Assembly (NCBI GenBank): GCA_017395105.1
Contig: JAFPWD010000002.1
Location: forward strand, 38,336-102,335
DNA from: Clostridia bacterium
GTDB taxonomy: Bacteria > Bacillota > Clostridia > Christensenellales > CAG-138
DNA: 64,000 nt
Direction: 5' to 3'
Part shown: positions 55,076-64,000 of the stretch, one piece after another
Numbering within the stretch: the first letter of the stretch is position 1
How the letters are laid out: each line of letters opens with the position of its first letter
The notes under the pieces: model-generated
Databases searched by the model: none
What the model saw: only the letters and a program-made list of their open reading frames with translations
What the model was told of the DNA's origin: nothing
Translations under genes and position numbers: made by a program

Positions 55076-56026
55076 TTATCTCGTGCTCTTGTCGTACGGT
55101 ATGCCCTCTGCCTTCGGAGCATGGGAGTTCTTGGAGGTGAAGGCAAGCACGATAAGCGAGATTATGTAGGGCAGCATGTTGTAAACGGGCTGCGGCAGGT
55201 TCAGCGCAGTCAGGAAGTCGAAGCCGTTGTTGACGTTCGCAAGCGCCCTGAACACGCCGAAGAGCAGCGCCGCAAGCACTATGCGATGCGGTTTCCACTG
55301 GCCGAAGATCATAACCGCGAGAGCAAGGAAGCCGAAGCCCGCAACGCCGACCTCGAAATTCGCCTTACTCACGCCCGCCGTGATGTACACAAGGCCGCCT
55401 ATTCCGCCGAGCGCACCCGAGATCAGCACGCCCGCATAGCGCATCTTGGAAACGCTGATGCCGACCGAGTTCGCCGCCTGCGGATGCTCGCCGCAAGCCA
55501 TGAGCCTGAGGCCGAAGCGGGTTTTATAAAGAAGGATATAGGCTGCCACGAGTATTATGAGAGTGAGCACAAGGAACATGTTGAACTCCGTGCCCTGTGC
55601 GAGCAGCAGCTTTTCGCGGGTGGCGGTGAACACGATCTCGGCGGAGTTGTTTGAGCCCCCGGAGGAAGCGATGTTCAGCGCCTTGACTATAACGGTCGCA
55701 AGCGCGAGGCCGAGCATATTCATCGCGGTTCCCGCAAGGGTCTGATCCGCCTTGAAGTTTATCGCCGCAACGCCGAGCAGCAGCGAAAACAGCATTCCGA
55801 ACACTATCGCCGCAAGCACCGCCGCAAGGAAGATCACAATGCCCGGAAGGTCGGGCGAGATGCGTCCGAGCACGAGTGCGCCGCCGAGCGCGCCCATTAC
55901 CATGATGCCCTCAAGACCGATGTTGATAACGCCCGAGCGTTCGGAATAGCAGCCGCCGAGTGCAACGAGGGTGAGAACCGAAGCGTAAACGAGCGTGTAC
56001 TGGATAAGAAGCATTATCTGCTGCAT
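55076..56026 (-). CDS. ABC transporter permease (BMP/nucleoside system)
   Basis: 316-aa polytopic protein. It follows another permease and a double-ATPase gene on the same strand. Confidence 0.8.
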   Translation of the reverse strand: MQQIMLLIQYTLVYASVLTLVALGGCYSERSGVINIGLEGIMVMGALGGALVLGRISPDLPGIVIFLAAVLAAIVFGMLFSLLLGVAAINFKADQTLAGTAMNMLGLALATVIVKALNIASSGGSNNSAEIVFTATREKLLLAQGTEFNMFLVLTLIILVAAYILLYKTRFGLRLMACGEHPQAANSVGISVSKMRYAGVLISGALGGIGGLVYITAGVSKANFEVGVAGFGFLALAVMIFGQWKPHRIVLAALLFGVFRALANVNNGFDFLTALNLPQPVYNMLPYIISLIVLAFTSKNSHAPKAEGIPYDKSTR

Positions 56027-57204
56027 TACTTGTCGCCTCCCTTCTTATTTTCGGCATCATGCTTGATATCGGCCTCCATATCGGGGCGCTTCTGCGGTAT
56101 GCCGCCAGATGCCTTGAGCATCTTGAGCTTGATGAACAGCACGAAGCCGCAGAGATAGATGATTATTGCCGAGATAAGATCCGCGATCTGAACGGGGTAG
56201 AACCTCGTGTCGAGCGAGGCACCGCCGTCGGTTATATGCTGGATAAAATAGGAGGAGAAGATCGCGCCGAGCGGATGCAGACCGCCGAGGAAGGAAGCTG
56301 CGATGCCGTTGAAGCCCATTGTGGGAACGGAGCTTTGGTTGATATCCCATTGTGAAAAATCAGAAAGGAACAGCAGCGCCGCCGCAAGACCCGCGAGCGA
56401 GCCCGCGATGACCATGGTGAGGATTATGTTCTGCTTTTCGCGCATACCGCAGTACTTCGCCGCGTTGCGGTTATAGCCCGTTGCCTTGATCTCGTAGCCG
56501 AACTTGGTTTTGGTAAGGATTATCCATATCGCAATGGCGATGAGTATGGAGATCGGTATTGCGATCGTGACGCTCGAATTTCCGAAGATGCCGTCCAAAC
56601 CGAGCGTGGGCAGCATAGCGGAGGGGTTTTTGGAAACGAGGGTGAAGGTGTCCTTGTAGCCGACGGGGCAGAAATCCTTTAGCACGGAGTTCACGGTGTA
56701 AAGGCTTATCCAGTTCAGCATTATGCAGGATATGACCTCGTTTACGTTCAGATACGCCTTGAGTGCGCCCGAGATCGCGCCGAAAACAGCGCCCGCGAGC
56801 ACCGCAGCGAGCAGGCAGACGTACCAGGGCATGTTAAGCGCAAGTGCGCAGTAGAGCGCAGCGCCCGCACCCAGAACGTACTGACCCGCAGCGCCGATGT
56901 TGAAGAGGCCGGCCTTGTACGCAAAGAGTATCGAGAGGCTGCAAAGAAGCAGCGGCGCGGTCTTAACGAGCGTGTTGCCGAGCGACTTTAAGCGCAGCTT
57001 CTCGGAGTTTCTTGTCATGAAGTTCTTGAGTACCGTGCTCATGCCCTCGCCGGCGTGCGATGGGTTTATGATAAGAAGCACGATATAGCCTATCAAAAGG
57101 CCGATGAGTATGCAGGCAAGCGCCGCGGCAAACGAGCGGAAGCCGGGGTGCGCAAGCAGCTTTTGAAAGAAATTCTTATCTTTTTGAACGCTTTTTGTTT
57201 CCAT
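56026..57204 (-). CDS. ABC transporter permease (BMP/nucleoside system)
   Basis: 392-aa polytopic protein, translationally coupled to its neighbours. Confidence 0.8.
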   Translation of the reverse strand: METKSVQKDKNFFQKLLAHPGFRSFAAALACILIGLLIGYIVLLIINPSHAGEGMSTVLKNFMTRNSEKLRLKSLGNTLVKTAPLLLCSLSILFAYKAGLFNIGAAGQYVLGAGAALYCALALNMPWYVCLLAAVLAGAVFGAISGALKAYLNVNEVISCIMLNWISLYTVNSVLKDFCPVGYKDTFTLVSKNPSAMLPTLGLDGIFGNSSVTIAIPISILIAIAIWIILTKTKFGYEIKATGYNRNAAKYCGMREKQNIILTMVIAGSLAGLAAALLFLSDFSQWDINQSSVPTMGFNGIAASFLGGLHPLGAIFSSYFIQHITDGGASLDTRFYPVQIADLISAIIIYLCGFVLFIKLKMLKASGGIPQKRPDMEADIKHDAENKKGGDK

Positions 57205-57205
57205 A

Positions 57206-58819
57206 TCAGTTTGCCTCCCCGTTCTTTTCGCGCTTTGCGCCCGCCATGTAGAGGCCGAGCTCCTGCACGGTGGTGGTCTTGGGATCGGGCTGACCCACGA
57301 TCTCGCCCTCGTACATAACGAGTATGCGGTCGGAGAGGTTCATAACCTCATCGAGCTCAAGCGAGATCAGAAGCACTGCGTTGCCCGCATCCCTCTGCTC
57401 GATCAGCCTTCTGTGAACGCCCTCGATCGCGCCAACGTCGAGACCGCGCGCGGGCTGAACCGCAACGAGCAGCTTCGGCCGCTTGTCCACCTCGCGGGCG
57501 ATGATCGCCTTCTGCTGGTTGCCGCCGGACATGCTTCTCGTGGTGGTTATCGCGCCCTGACCGGATCTGACGTCGAACTGCTCGATAAGCCCGTCCGCAT
57601 ATTCGCGGATAGCCTTGGTTTTAAGGAAGCCCGCGCCGCTTGTGAAGCGCGGCTCGAAATAGGTTTGAAGAATGAAATTGTATTCAAGCGAATAGTCGAG
57701 CACGAGGCCGTGCTTATGCCTGTCCTCGGGGATATGGCTCATGCCGAGCTTGGAGCGCTTTCTTATAGGAAGATGGGTTATCTCGGAAAGCGGAATATCC
57801 TTTCCGTTTTTATCCTTGCCCGCCATAAAGAGCTTTCCGCTCTCAAGCGGCTCAAGCCCCGTGATGCCGTAAACAAGCTCGGTTTGGCCGTTGCCGTCGA
57901 TGCCCGCGATGCACACTATCTCGCCCGCGCGCACCTCGAAGCTTACGTTTTTGACCGCAAGCCCTTTATGCGATTTTGATGCGACCGAGATATTCTCCGC
58001 CTTGAACAGCACCTCGCCCGGAGTTGCTTCCTTTTTGGGAACAACGAATTCAACGTCCCTTCCCACCATCATTCGGGAGAGCTCCTCCTTCGTGATGCCC
58101 TTTATATCCACAGTGCCGATGTATTTGCCCTTTCTCAGAACCGTGCAGCGGTCGGCAACGGCAAGGATCTCGTTCAGCTTATGCGATATGAAGAGAATGC
58201 TCTTGCCCTCGGCGGCGAGATTGCGCATTATCTGCATCAATTCGTCGATCTCCTGCGGGGTGAGCACCGCCGTGGGCTCGTCGAATATAAGTATCTCGTT
58301 GTCACGGTAGAGCATCTTGAGGATCTCGGTGCGCTGCTGCATACCGACCGTTATATCGGCGATCTTCGCATCGGGATCGATCCTAAGGCCGTATCTTTCG
58401 CTGAGTGCGACCACCTTCTCGCGCGCCTCCTTCTTTTTAAGGAAGCCGGCCGTGTTCGGCTCAACGCCGAGAATGATGTTGTCGAGCACGGAGAAGATCT
58501 CAACCAGCTTGAAATGCTGATGCACCATGCCGATGCCGAGCGCGTTGGCATCGTTCGGATCGTTGATCTTGACCTCTTTACCGTCCTTTTTGATAACGCC
58601 CTCCTCGGGCTGATAAAGCCCGAAAAGCACACTCATAAGGGTGGATTTGCCCGCGCCGTTCTCGCCGAGAAGCGCGTGTATCTCGCCCTTTTTGAGGCGC
58701 AGCATTATGTTGTCGTTTGCAACGATGCCGGGAAAGCGCTTCGTGATGTTAAGCATCTCGATAGCGTATTCGCTTGCGTTCGTCTTTGCTTCGCTGCCTG
58801 AAGAAGTTTTGAGCTCCAA
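57206..58819 (-). CDS. ABC transporter ATP-binding protein (duplicated ATPase)
   Basis: GENGAGKST Walker A, MSGGNQQK signature, and two nucleotide-binding halves. Confidence 0.9.
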   Translation of the reverse strand: MELKTSSGSEAKTNASEYAIEMLNITKRFPGIVANDNIMLRLKKGEIHALLGENGAGKSTLMSVLFGLYQPEEGVIKKDGKEVKINDPNDANALGIGMVHQHFKLVEIFSVLDNIILGVEPNTAGFLKKKEAREKVVALSERYGLRIDPDAKIADITVGMQQRTEILKMLYRDNEILIFDEPTAVLTPQEIDELMQIMRNLAAEGKSILFISHKLNEILAVADRCTVLRKGKYIGTVDIKGITKEELSRMMVGRDVEFVVPKKEATPGEVLFKAENISVASKSHKGLAVKNVSFEVRAGEIVCIAGIDGNGQTELVYGITGLEPLESGKLFMAGKDKNGKDIPLSEITHLPIRKRSKLGMSHIPEDRHKHGLVLDYSLEYNFILQTYFEPRFTSGAGFLKTKAIREYADGLIEQFDVRSGQGAITTTRSMSGGNQQKAIIAREVDKRPKLLVAVQPARGLDVGAIEGVHRRLIEQRDAGNAVLLISLELDEVMNLSDRILVMYEGEIVGQPDPKTTTVQELGLYMAGAKREKNGEAN

Positions 58820-58969
58820 AAAAGATTACCCCCTGTTCTGTAGTTTGACCGATAATGCCAAAGCGGATGTTTGGAAGAATCATGACATATATTATTTTAC
58901 CATATTCACTGCGGCTAATCAACAGAATTTGCGGAATGAATCAAAAATAATGGGCAAGCATATAAAAAC

Positions 58970-58998
58970 TTGACAAGAATCACCGCATATAATACAAT
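58970..58998 (+). promoter_or_regulatory. promoter of the SLATT/ROCO-TIR island
   Basis: TTGACA (58970-58975), 17-nt spacer, TACAAT (58993-58998). A GGAGG RBS precedes ATG 59028. Confidence 0.55.
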
Positions 58999-59027
58999 AT
59001 TTTCAGAATAAATACGGAGGTAGACAC

Positions 59028-59612
59028 ATGAGTACAACCGATAAAAGCATGAGCACCGCGGCGGAACAGCCGGGCGAAGTGAAGCAGGAAGCCGCGAAGC
59101 AGGAAGCATCGAAGCAGGAATATAAAGGCAGGTATGCGGCGTTCATCAATGCAATGACGGACAAAACTGCGAAAAATTACCTTGTTGAACGTATCGTTCC
59201 GCAGATGGATTACTACAGCAAAAACAGCGCAAAAAATCGAAAGCTGTATTATAGGTTTGCGGTCATATCCATAATACTGAATGCCGTGATCCCGATAATC
59301 GTGCTTTTCGACCATTTTACCGCGATTCAGTTTTGGCTTAAGGTAGCTATTGCATCCGTCAGCGCTGCGGCCGGAGTGCTGACGGCGGTTTCCGTATTGA
59401 AAAACTATCGCGAGCTTTGGATCGAGTACAGGGTAACGCTTGAAAAGCTCAAATGCGCGTTGGACAGCTATTTTCTTAAATCGGGTGAGTTTTTCGGAAA
59501 GAGCGATGATGATGAATGCACTGCGCTCCTCGAAGCTGTTTGCAGCAGTATAATGGGCAATGAGCATGAGCTTTGGAGGCAGATGCATACCGCGGAAAAA
59601 AAGGAAAAATGA
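59028..59612 (+). CDS. DUF4231 / SLATT-domain two-TM protein
   Basis: YLVERIVPQMDYYSKNSAKNRKLYYRFAVISIILNAVIPIIVL...VAIASVSAAAGVLTAVSVLKNYRELWIEYRVTLEKLKCALDSYF matches the remembered DUF4231 pattern. That pattern is a helix, 2 TM segments, then Y.E.W..YR...E.L. Confidence 0.75.
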   Translation: MSTTDKSMSTAAEQPGEVKQEAAKQEASKQEYKGRYAAFINAMTDKTAKNYLVERIVPQMDYYSKNSAKNRKLYYRFAVISIILNAVIPIIVLFDHFTAIQFWLKVAIASVSAAAGVLTAVSVLKNYRELWIEYRVTLEKLKCALDSYFLKSGEFFGKSDDDECTALLEAVCSSIMGNEHELWRQMHTAEKKEK

Positions 59613-59667
59613 TTTGAAACGAATTCCTGCGTGAACTATCCGATTATGATACGGGGGGAGCAAAATT

Positions 59668-59835
59668 ATGCCGAAAAGTAAAGGGATTGAACTATTCGGG
59701 GGAATAGCCAAAAGGTTTTTGGCTGCGCTTGAGGAAGGTGACAGATTCGCCTGCCAAGTTGCCGGGGTTTCATCTTTGACTGAGATAATGAGTCTTGTCC
59801 TGCCGAGCGACTATGCATTCGAGCTTCCTGTCTGA
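59668..59835 (+). CDS. probable true N-terminal segment of the ROCO-TIR gene, separated by a 1-nt frameshift
   Basis: GGGGGGAG RBS 7 nt before ATG 59668. It encodes MPKSKGIELFGG...VSSLTEIMSLVLPSDYAFELPV*. Its last codons (ELP) match the SLP consensus of the downstream LRR units in this frame. cttcctGtctgag carries one extra nucleotide compared with cttccgtctgag at later repeat junctions. Confidence 0.55.
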   Translation: MPKSKGIELFGGIAKRFLAALEEGDRFACQVAGVSSLTEIMSLVLPSDYAFELPV

Positions 59836-62638
59836 GATAGGCGGGCTGAGCAATCTGCAGAGCTTGGATTTGAGTGGTACAAGCATATCTTCGCTTCCTG
59901 CTGAGATAGGCAGGCTGAGCAATCTGCAGATCTTGGATTTGAGTGGTACAAGCATATCTTCGCTTCCGTCTGAGATAGGCGGGCTGAGCAATCTGCAGCG
60001 CTTGGATTTGAGTGGTACAAGCATATCTTCGCTTCCTGCTGCGATAGGCAGGCTGAGCGATCTGTGGAGCTTGGATTTGAGTGATACAAGCATATCTTCG
60101 CTTCCTGCTGCGATAGGCAGGCTGAGCGATCTGTGGAGCTTGGATTTGAGTGATACAAGCATATCTTCGCTTCCTGCTGAGATAGGCGGGCTGAGTAATC
60201 TGCAGAGCTTGGATTTGAGTGGTACAAGCATATCTTCGCTTCCGGCTGAGATAGGCGGGCTGAGCAATCTGCGGAGCTTGTATTTGGGTGGGACAAGCAT
60301 ATCTTCGCTTCCGTCGGAGCTTGCCGATCTCAAGGCGTTGAAGCGCATCAATCTATCCCATATGATGCTTGATGAGATACCCGCTTGGCTTTTTGAAAAG
60401 GGACTGCCATTTGTTAAAGAAGTAATTTCCTTCGCTGATGAAGGTATCAACATTTTTGAAACAAAGCTTCGCAATCAGCCTATTGAAATATTCGAGCGAG
60501 ACAGGGAGTTTATTGCAGCGTATTATGCGAAGCAGGCGGCTGATTCAATCGAGCGCGAGGCGAAGGTGATCTTCCTCGGGTACGGAAACGCGGGGAAGAC
60601 ACATACCGTGGAGCGATTGCTGAATGAATGCAACGATATAAGCTTCGATCCGTCCCAAACGCAGGGCATAGTGATCAAGCCATGGCATCCAAAGCTTGAG
60701 GACGGCAGCATAAGGATCAATTTTTGGGATTTCGGCGGTCAGGAGATACTGCATTCGATGCACCGCTGTTTCCTGACGAACCGCAGCCTCTATGTTGTGG
60801 TTCTGCGCGACAGGCCGAACAGCCCCTATGATGATTTTACGAATCAGGCAAAGTATTGGCTTGAAAACATCAATAGCTTTGCGCCAAACAGCCCCGTGAT
60901 AATCGCCCTGAACCGAGAGAAAAACGGCTTTGGTTTAAACGGCATACGCAGGAAGCAGCTTAATGATCTTTTTGGCGGCATGATAGTGGATGTTGTTGAA
61001 TATTGCGCCAAGGAGGATGAACGCGATCACTTTTCGGATATTTATAATGCCATACTCAAGCAGGTCAAAGCGCTCGTCGGAACAGGGGCAAGGATACCGC
61101 CAAGCTGGATGCTCATAAGGCGGGAGCTTGAGAGCCTGAGTACCCGCGCCGCAAAAGGTGAAAAGCCCTATATTGATAAGAATGAGTATTATAGAATATG
61201 CGGAAGGCATGGGGTGAATGATCCGACTGAGATAAGCGAGCTTCTTCAATGGTTCATCGATCTTGGCGTGTGTTTCAGCTATCATAAGGAGAATGAAAAG
61301 GAGCTTGGGAATTATAAGGTGCTTAATCCCGAATGGCTTACAAACGCCGTTTACGCCATAATAGTAATCGCCGGCAATCCTGAGCATGATTTGAGCAGCG
61401 AGGGGATAATTACCAAAACCGAGATTGAAGAAATACTTAAGGATCCGGAAAAGTACAAGGAAAGCATGGTAAAGCCCATAAAATACAAAAAGTCCGAATG
61501 CGGCTATGTTACCGATGTTATGAAGCTTTTCCGCCTCTGCTATGCAAGAAATAAAAGGGAATTTTTCATTCCGGCGCTTTGCCCGGTCGAAAAACCCAAG
61601 GGCTTCGATCCCGATGCAAATGAATACTCAAACAAATTCAGCTTCTTGATGAAGTTCGGCTTCCTTCCAAACAGCGTTGTTCACCGCCTTATGATCGATT
61701 GCTGCGAAGGTAGTTTCGGAAGCACGAAGTTTTATTCAAACGGTATCCGAATCGATTTCAGCCATGAAGATATCGCGATAGTTGCGGATATGGGATTGAC
61801 GATGGATACTTTGAGCATCGACATTTACTATAAAAACGAGCATGCCGATATTCGATCAAAGCTTCGGTGGCTGAGAGCGCATATCAAAAAGATTTGCGAT
61901 GTAATGGGATTGCGCGCAGGCGAGGAGCTGATAAGGCTTAAGCAGAATGATAAAACGGCGGATATTCATATGCCGTCGCTGTATGAGCTGTTCTTGGAAA
62001 ATGTGAATGATTATCCATGTTCCGGCCGAAAGGGATTAATCAGATGTAATATTCCAAAGCTTATGAATGCGCTTTATACGGACGAGGAGATTGATAAGGC
62101 AAAAAAGGTATTGCGTGATGGAGCATACGGCATCGGAAGCTTTGCGGATGCGATGGCTTTGGTTCAGTCCGATGATTACAAACCGAGCGAGAGCTCCGAT
62201 AAGCGCTTCAGGCTTGCGTTTTCGGTTGCGGGCGAGCAGAGCGATCTTATCGAGGCAGTCTGCAAAAAGCTTGAGCAAAGCGGGTATTTGCGCAATGAGA
62301 TATTCTTTCATAGGTATAATCCCGAATATGCAAACGGGAGAGGGGGCGCGGACAAGCTTGCAAATATGTATAAAAATGAAGCGGAGCGCGTGATCGTTGT
62401 GCTATCGCAGGCATATTTGGCTAAGAAAATAACGAGAGATATCGAATGGGGCGCAATCAGCTCGAGGATCGAATCAAAGCGTGGCGGTGAGGTATGCTTG
62501 CTTAAATACGGCAGCTTCGAGTGGCCGGATTATCTCGGCATTAGCAGCAAAGACATTACTGAGAATATTACCGATATGGATGCGGAGAGTATAGCGAGTT
62601 TTATACTCAATTGGATCGCGGAATACGCTGAGAACTGA
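59795..62638 (+). CDS. LRR - Roc GTPase - COR - TIR-like multidomain protein (bacterial ROCO with C-terminal TIR)
   Basis: About 8 LRR units (LSNLQSLDLSGTSISSLPAEIGG). P-loop GYGNAGKT (~60578-60601) and WDFGGQE switch II (60725-60745). A COR-like region contains PSWMLIRRELE and YKVLNPEWLTNAVYAI. The C-terminus FRLAFSVAGEQ...VIVVLSQAYLAKKITRDIEWGAI is TIR-like (~62204-62635). The first in-frame ATG is 59813 and has no RBS. Confidence 0.75.
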   Translation: MSCRATMHSSFLSEIGGLSNLQSLDLSGTSISSLPAEIGRLSNLQILDLSGTSISSLPSEIGGLSNLQRLDLSGTSISSLPAAIGRLSDLWSLDLSDTSISSLPAAIGRLSDLWSLDLSDTSISSLPAEIGGLSNLQSLDLSGTSISSLPAEIGGLSNLRSLYLGGTSISSLPSELADLKALKRINLSHMMLDEIPAWLFEKGLPFVKEVISFADEGINIFETKLRNQPIEIFERDREFIAAYYAKQAADSIEREAKVIFLGYGNAGKTHTVERLLNECNDISFDPSQTQGIVIKPWHPKLEDGSIRINFWDFGGQEILHSMHRCFLTNRSLYVVVLRDRPNSPYDDFTNQAKYWLENINSFAPNSPVIIALNREKNGFGLNGIRRKQLNDLFGGMIVDVVEYCAKEDERDHFSDIYNAILKQVKALVGTGARIPPSWMLIRRELESLSTRAAKGEKPYIDKNEYYRICGRHGVNDPTEISELLQWFIDLGVCFSYHKENEKELGNYKVLNPEWLTNAVYAIIVIAGNPEHDLSSEGIITKTEIEEILKDPEKYKESMVKPIKYKKSECGYVTDVMKLFRLCYARNKREFFIPALCPVEKPKGFDPDANEYSNKFSFLMKFGFLPNSVVHRLMIDCCEGSFGSTKFYSNGIRIDFSHEDIAIVADMGLTMDTLSIDIYYKNEHADIRSKLRWLRAHIKKICDVMGLRAGEELIRLKQNDKTADIHMPSLYELFLENVNDYPCSGRKGLIRCNIPKLMNALYTDEEIDKAKKVLRDGAYGIGSFADAMALVQSDDYKPSESSDKRFRLAFSVAGEQSDLIEAVCKKLEQSGYLRNEIFFHRYNPEYANGRGGADKLANMYKNEAERVIVVLSQAYLAKKITRDIEWGAISSRIESKRGGEVCLLKYGSFEWPDYLGISSKDITENITDMDAESIASFILNWIAEYAEN
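59834..60316 (+). repeat. 7 tandem near-identical 69-bp units (coding LRRs); units 4 and 5 identical
   Basis: Unit boundaries lie at 59834, 59903, 59972, 60041, 60110, 60179 and 60248. An eighth, degenerate unit follows. Confidence 0.9.
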
Positions 62639-62785
62639 TCGGCTGCTTGATGCCTGCTGGAAGCAGAGACGGGAAAATTATTCCTTGCTTTTTTCCTTTA
62701 ATTGTTATATACTGATTTTATGGGCGCTTCGCCCGATACACTATCATTATTATTCCCCGCAAAGCGGGAAACGGAGGTCAAATAA

Positions 62786-63982
62786 ATGAGAGAAATCTAT
62801 GTAGTAAACTGCTGCCGTACTGCGATCGGCTCCTTCGGCGGCTCCCTCAAGGACGTTTCCGCCGCAAAGCTCGGCTCCATCGTTGTTAAAGAGGCTCTCA
62901 ACCGTGCGGGCGTTAAACCCGAAAATGTTGACGAAGTCATGTTCGGCTGCATCCTCACCGCGGGACTTGGTCAGAACGTTGCCCGTCAGGTCAGCCTCGG
63001 CGCGGGTCTGCCCGTTGAGGTTCCCGCATACACCGTCGGCATGGTCTGCGGCAGCGGCATGAAGTCCGTTATCGAGGGCGCTCGTGCGATCGCTTGCGGC
63101 GATGCGGAGATCGTTGTTGCGGGCGGCACCGAGAATATGTCCCAGGCTCCCTATGCTCTCCCCGCAGCTCGTTGGGGCGCGAGGATGGGCAACCACACCC
63201 TTGTGGACACCATGATTTCGGACGGCCTTTGGGATGTTTACAACAACTACCACATGGGCACCACCGCAGAGAACGTTTGCGATAAATGGGAGCTGACTCG
63301 TGAAGAGCTCGATGCGTTCGCGCTCGCTTCCCAGCTCAAGACCGAGATCGCGCAGAACAACAACCGCTTCGATGATGAGATCGTTCCCGTAACCATCAAG
63401 GTCAAGAAGCAGGACGTTGAGTTCAAGAAGGACGAGTTCCCCCGCGCAGGCTCCACCATCGAGGGTCTGCAGAAGCTTCGCGGCGCATTCGCCACCGCCG
63501 ATGGCGGCAAGGGCGAGCGCGTTACAGCGGGCAACGCTTCGGGCATCAACGACGGCGCTGCGGCGATCGTGCTTGCTTCCAAGGAAGCCGTTGAAAAGTA
63601 CGGCCTCAAGCCCATGGCGAAGCTCGTTAGCTGGGGTCAGGGCGGCGTAGATCCCGCGATCATGGGCGTTGGCCCCGTTCCCGCCACCCGTCAGGCGCTT
63701 GAAAAGGCGAATATGAAGATTCACGATATCGACCTCGTCGAAGCAAACGAAGCATTCGCGGCTCAGAGCTGCGCAGTTGCCAAGGATCTCGGCTTCGATA
63801 TGGAGAAGGTAAACGTCAACGGCGGCGCGATCTCCATCGGTCACCCCGTCGGCGCGAGCGGAGCCCGCATCATCGTTACCCTGCTGCACGAGATGCTCAA
63901 GCGCGACGAAGCCAAGCACGGCCTCGCTACCCTCTGCATCGGCGGCGGCATGGGCGTTGCAACCATCTTTGAAAAGTGCTGA
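62786..63982 (+). CDS. thlA: acetyl-CoA C-acetyltransferase (thiolase)
   Basis: [21 protein letters not shown]..., VCGSGMKSV (active Cys), [20 protein letters not shown] and CIGGGMG. Confidence 0.95.
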   Translation: MREIYVVNCCRTAIGSFGGSLKDVSAAKLGSIVVKEALNRAGVKPENVDEVMFGCILTAGLGQNVARQVSLGAGLPVEVPAYTVGMVCGSGMKSVIEGARAIACGDAEIVVAGGTENMSQAPYALPAARWGARMGNHTLVDTMISDGLWDVYNNYHMGTTAENVCDKWELTREELDAFALASQLKTEIAQNNNRFDDEIVPVTIKVKKQDVEFKKDEFPRAGSTIEGLQKLRGAFATADGGKGERVTAGNASGINDGAAAIVLASKEAVEKYGLKPMAKLVSWGQGGVDPAIMGVGPVPATRQALEKANMKIHDIDLVEANEAFAAQSCAVAKDLGFDMEKVNVNGGAISIGHPVGASGARIIVTLLHEMLKRDEAKHGLATLCIGGGMGVATIFEKC

Positions 63983-64000
63983 TAAAAAGGGAGAAAAGCT

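Noticed and set aside
59834-60316. Regular 69-bp repeats as a possible CRISPR array
   Set aside because: The units are directly contiguous with no spacers. They are in frame and encode canonical leucine-rich repeats inside a long ORF.

Overview
This 64-kb window looks like chromosome from a Gram-positive, butyrate-pathway anaerobe. The taxon is inferred only from gene content (buk, thiolase, DegV, YhaM) and RBS/promoter style.

Most of the window is ordinary housekeeping DNA: polA, coaE, metK, yhaM, rdgB, yfcE, ppx-like, lepB x2, telA/xpaC, a MoxR-DUF58-transglutaminase operon, a BMP-type nucleoside ABC transporter, buk, thiolase and one tRNA-Arg(CCG).

Several visibly more A+T-rich accessory patches are embedded in it:
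1. An ~11-kb locus (2.0-13.1 kb) encodes two giant secreted repeat proteins. One combines an extracytoplasmic thioredoxin, two FMN_bind domains with flavinylation motifs and ~17 Fn3-like repeats. The other is a papain-like C1 peptidase on a stalk of 5 Fn3 repeats.
2. A tRNA-adjacent patch carries hipBA, a ParE-like relic and phased direct repeats.
3. A tandem triplication of an unknown lipoprotein gene is bracketed by a ~105-bp direct repeat that duplicates the polA promoter.
4. An XRE repressor with paired operators, a small 3-TM protein and an orphan phage terL-portal pair sit together.
5. A streptogrisin-like S1 protease gene is decayed by an in-frame stop plus a frameshift.
6. A signal-peptidase cluster includes a predicted catalytically dead paralog.
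7. The best candidate for an undescribed system is a two-gene island at 59.0-62.6 kb. It encodes a DUF4231/SLATT membrane protein plus an LRR-Roc-COR-TIR (ROCO-TIR) protein. The LRR part of the second gene is a near-perfect 69-bp tandem array, and its 5' end is interrupted by a 1-nt frameshift.

I found no rRNA, CRISPR array, transposase or integrase. All family calls come from motif recognition by eye. No database search was run.
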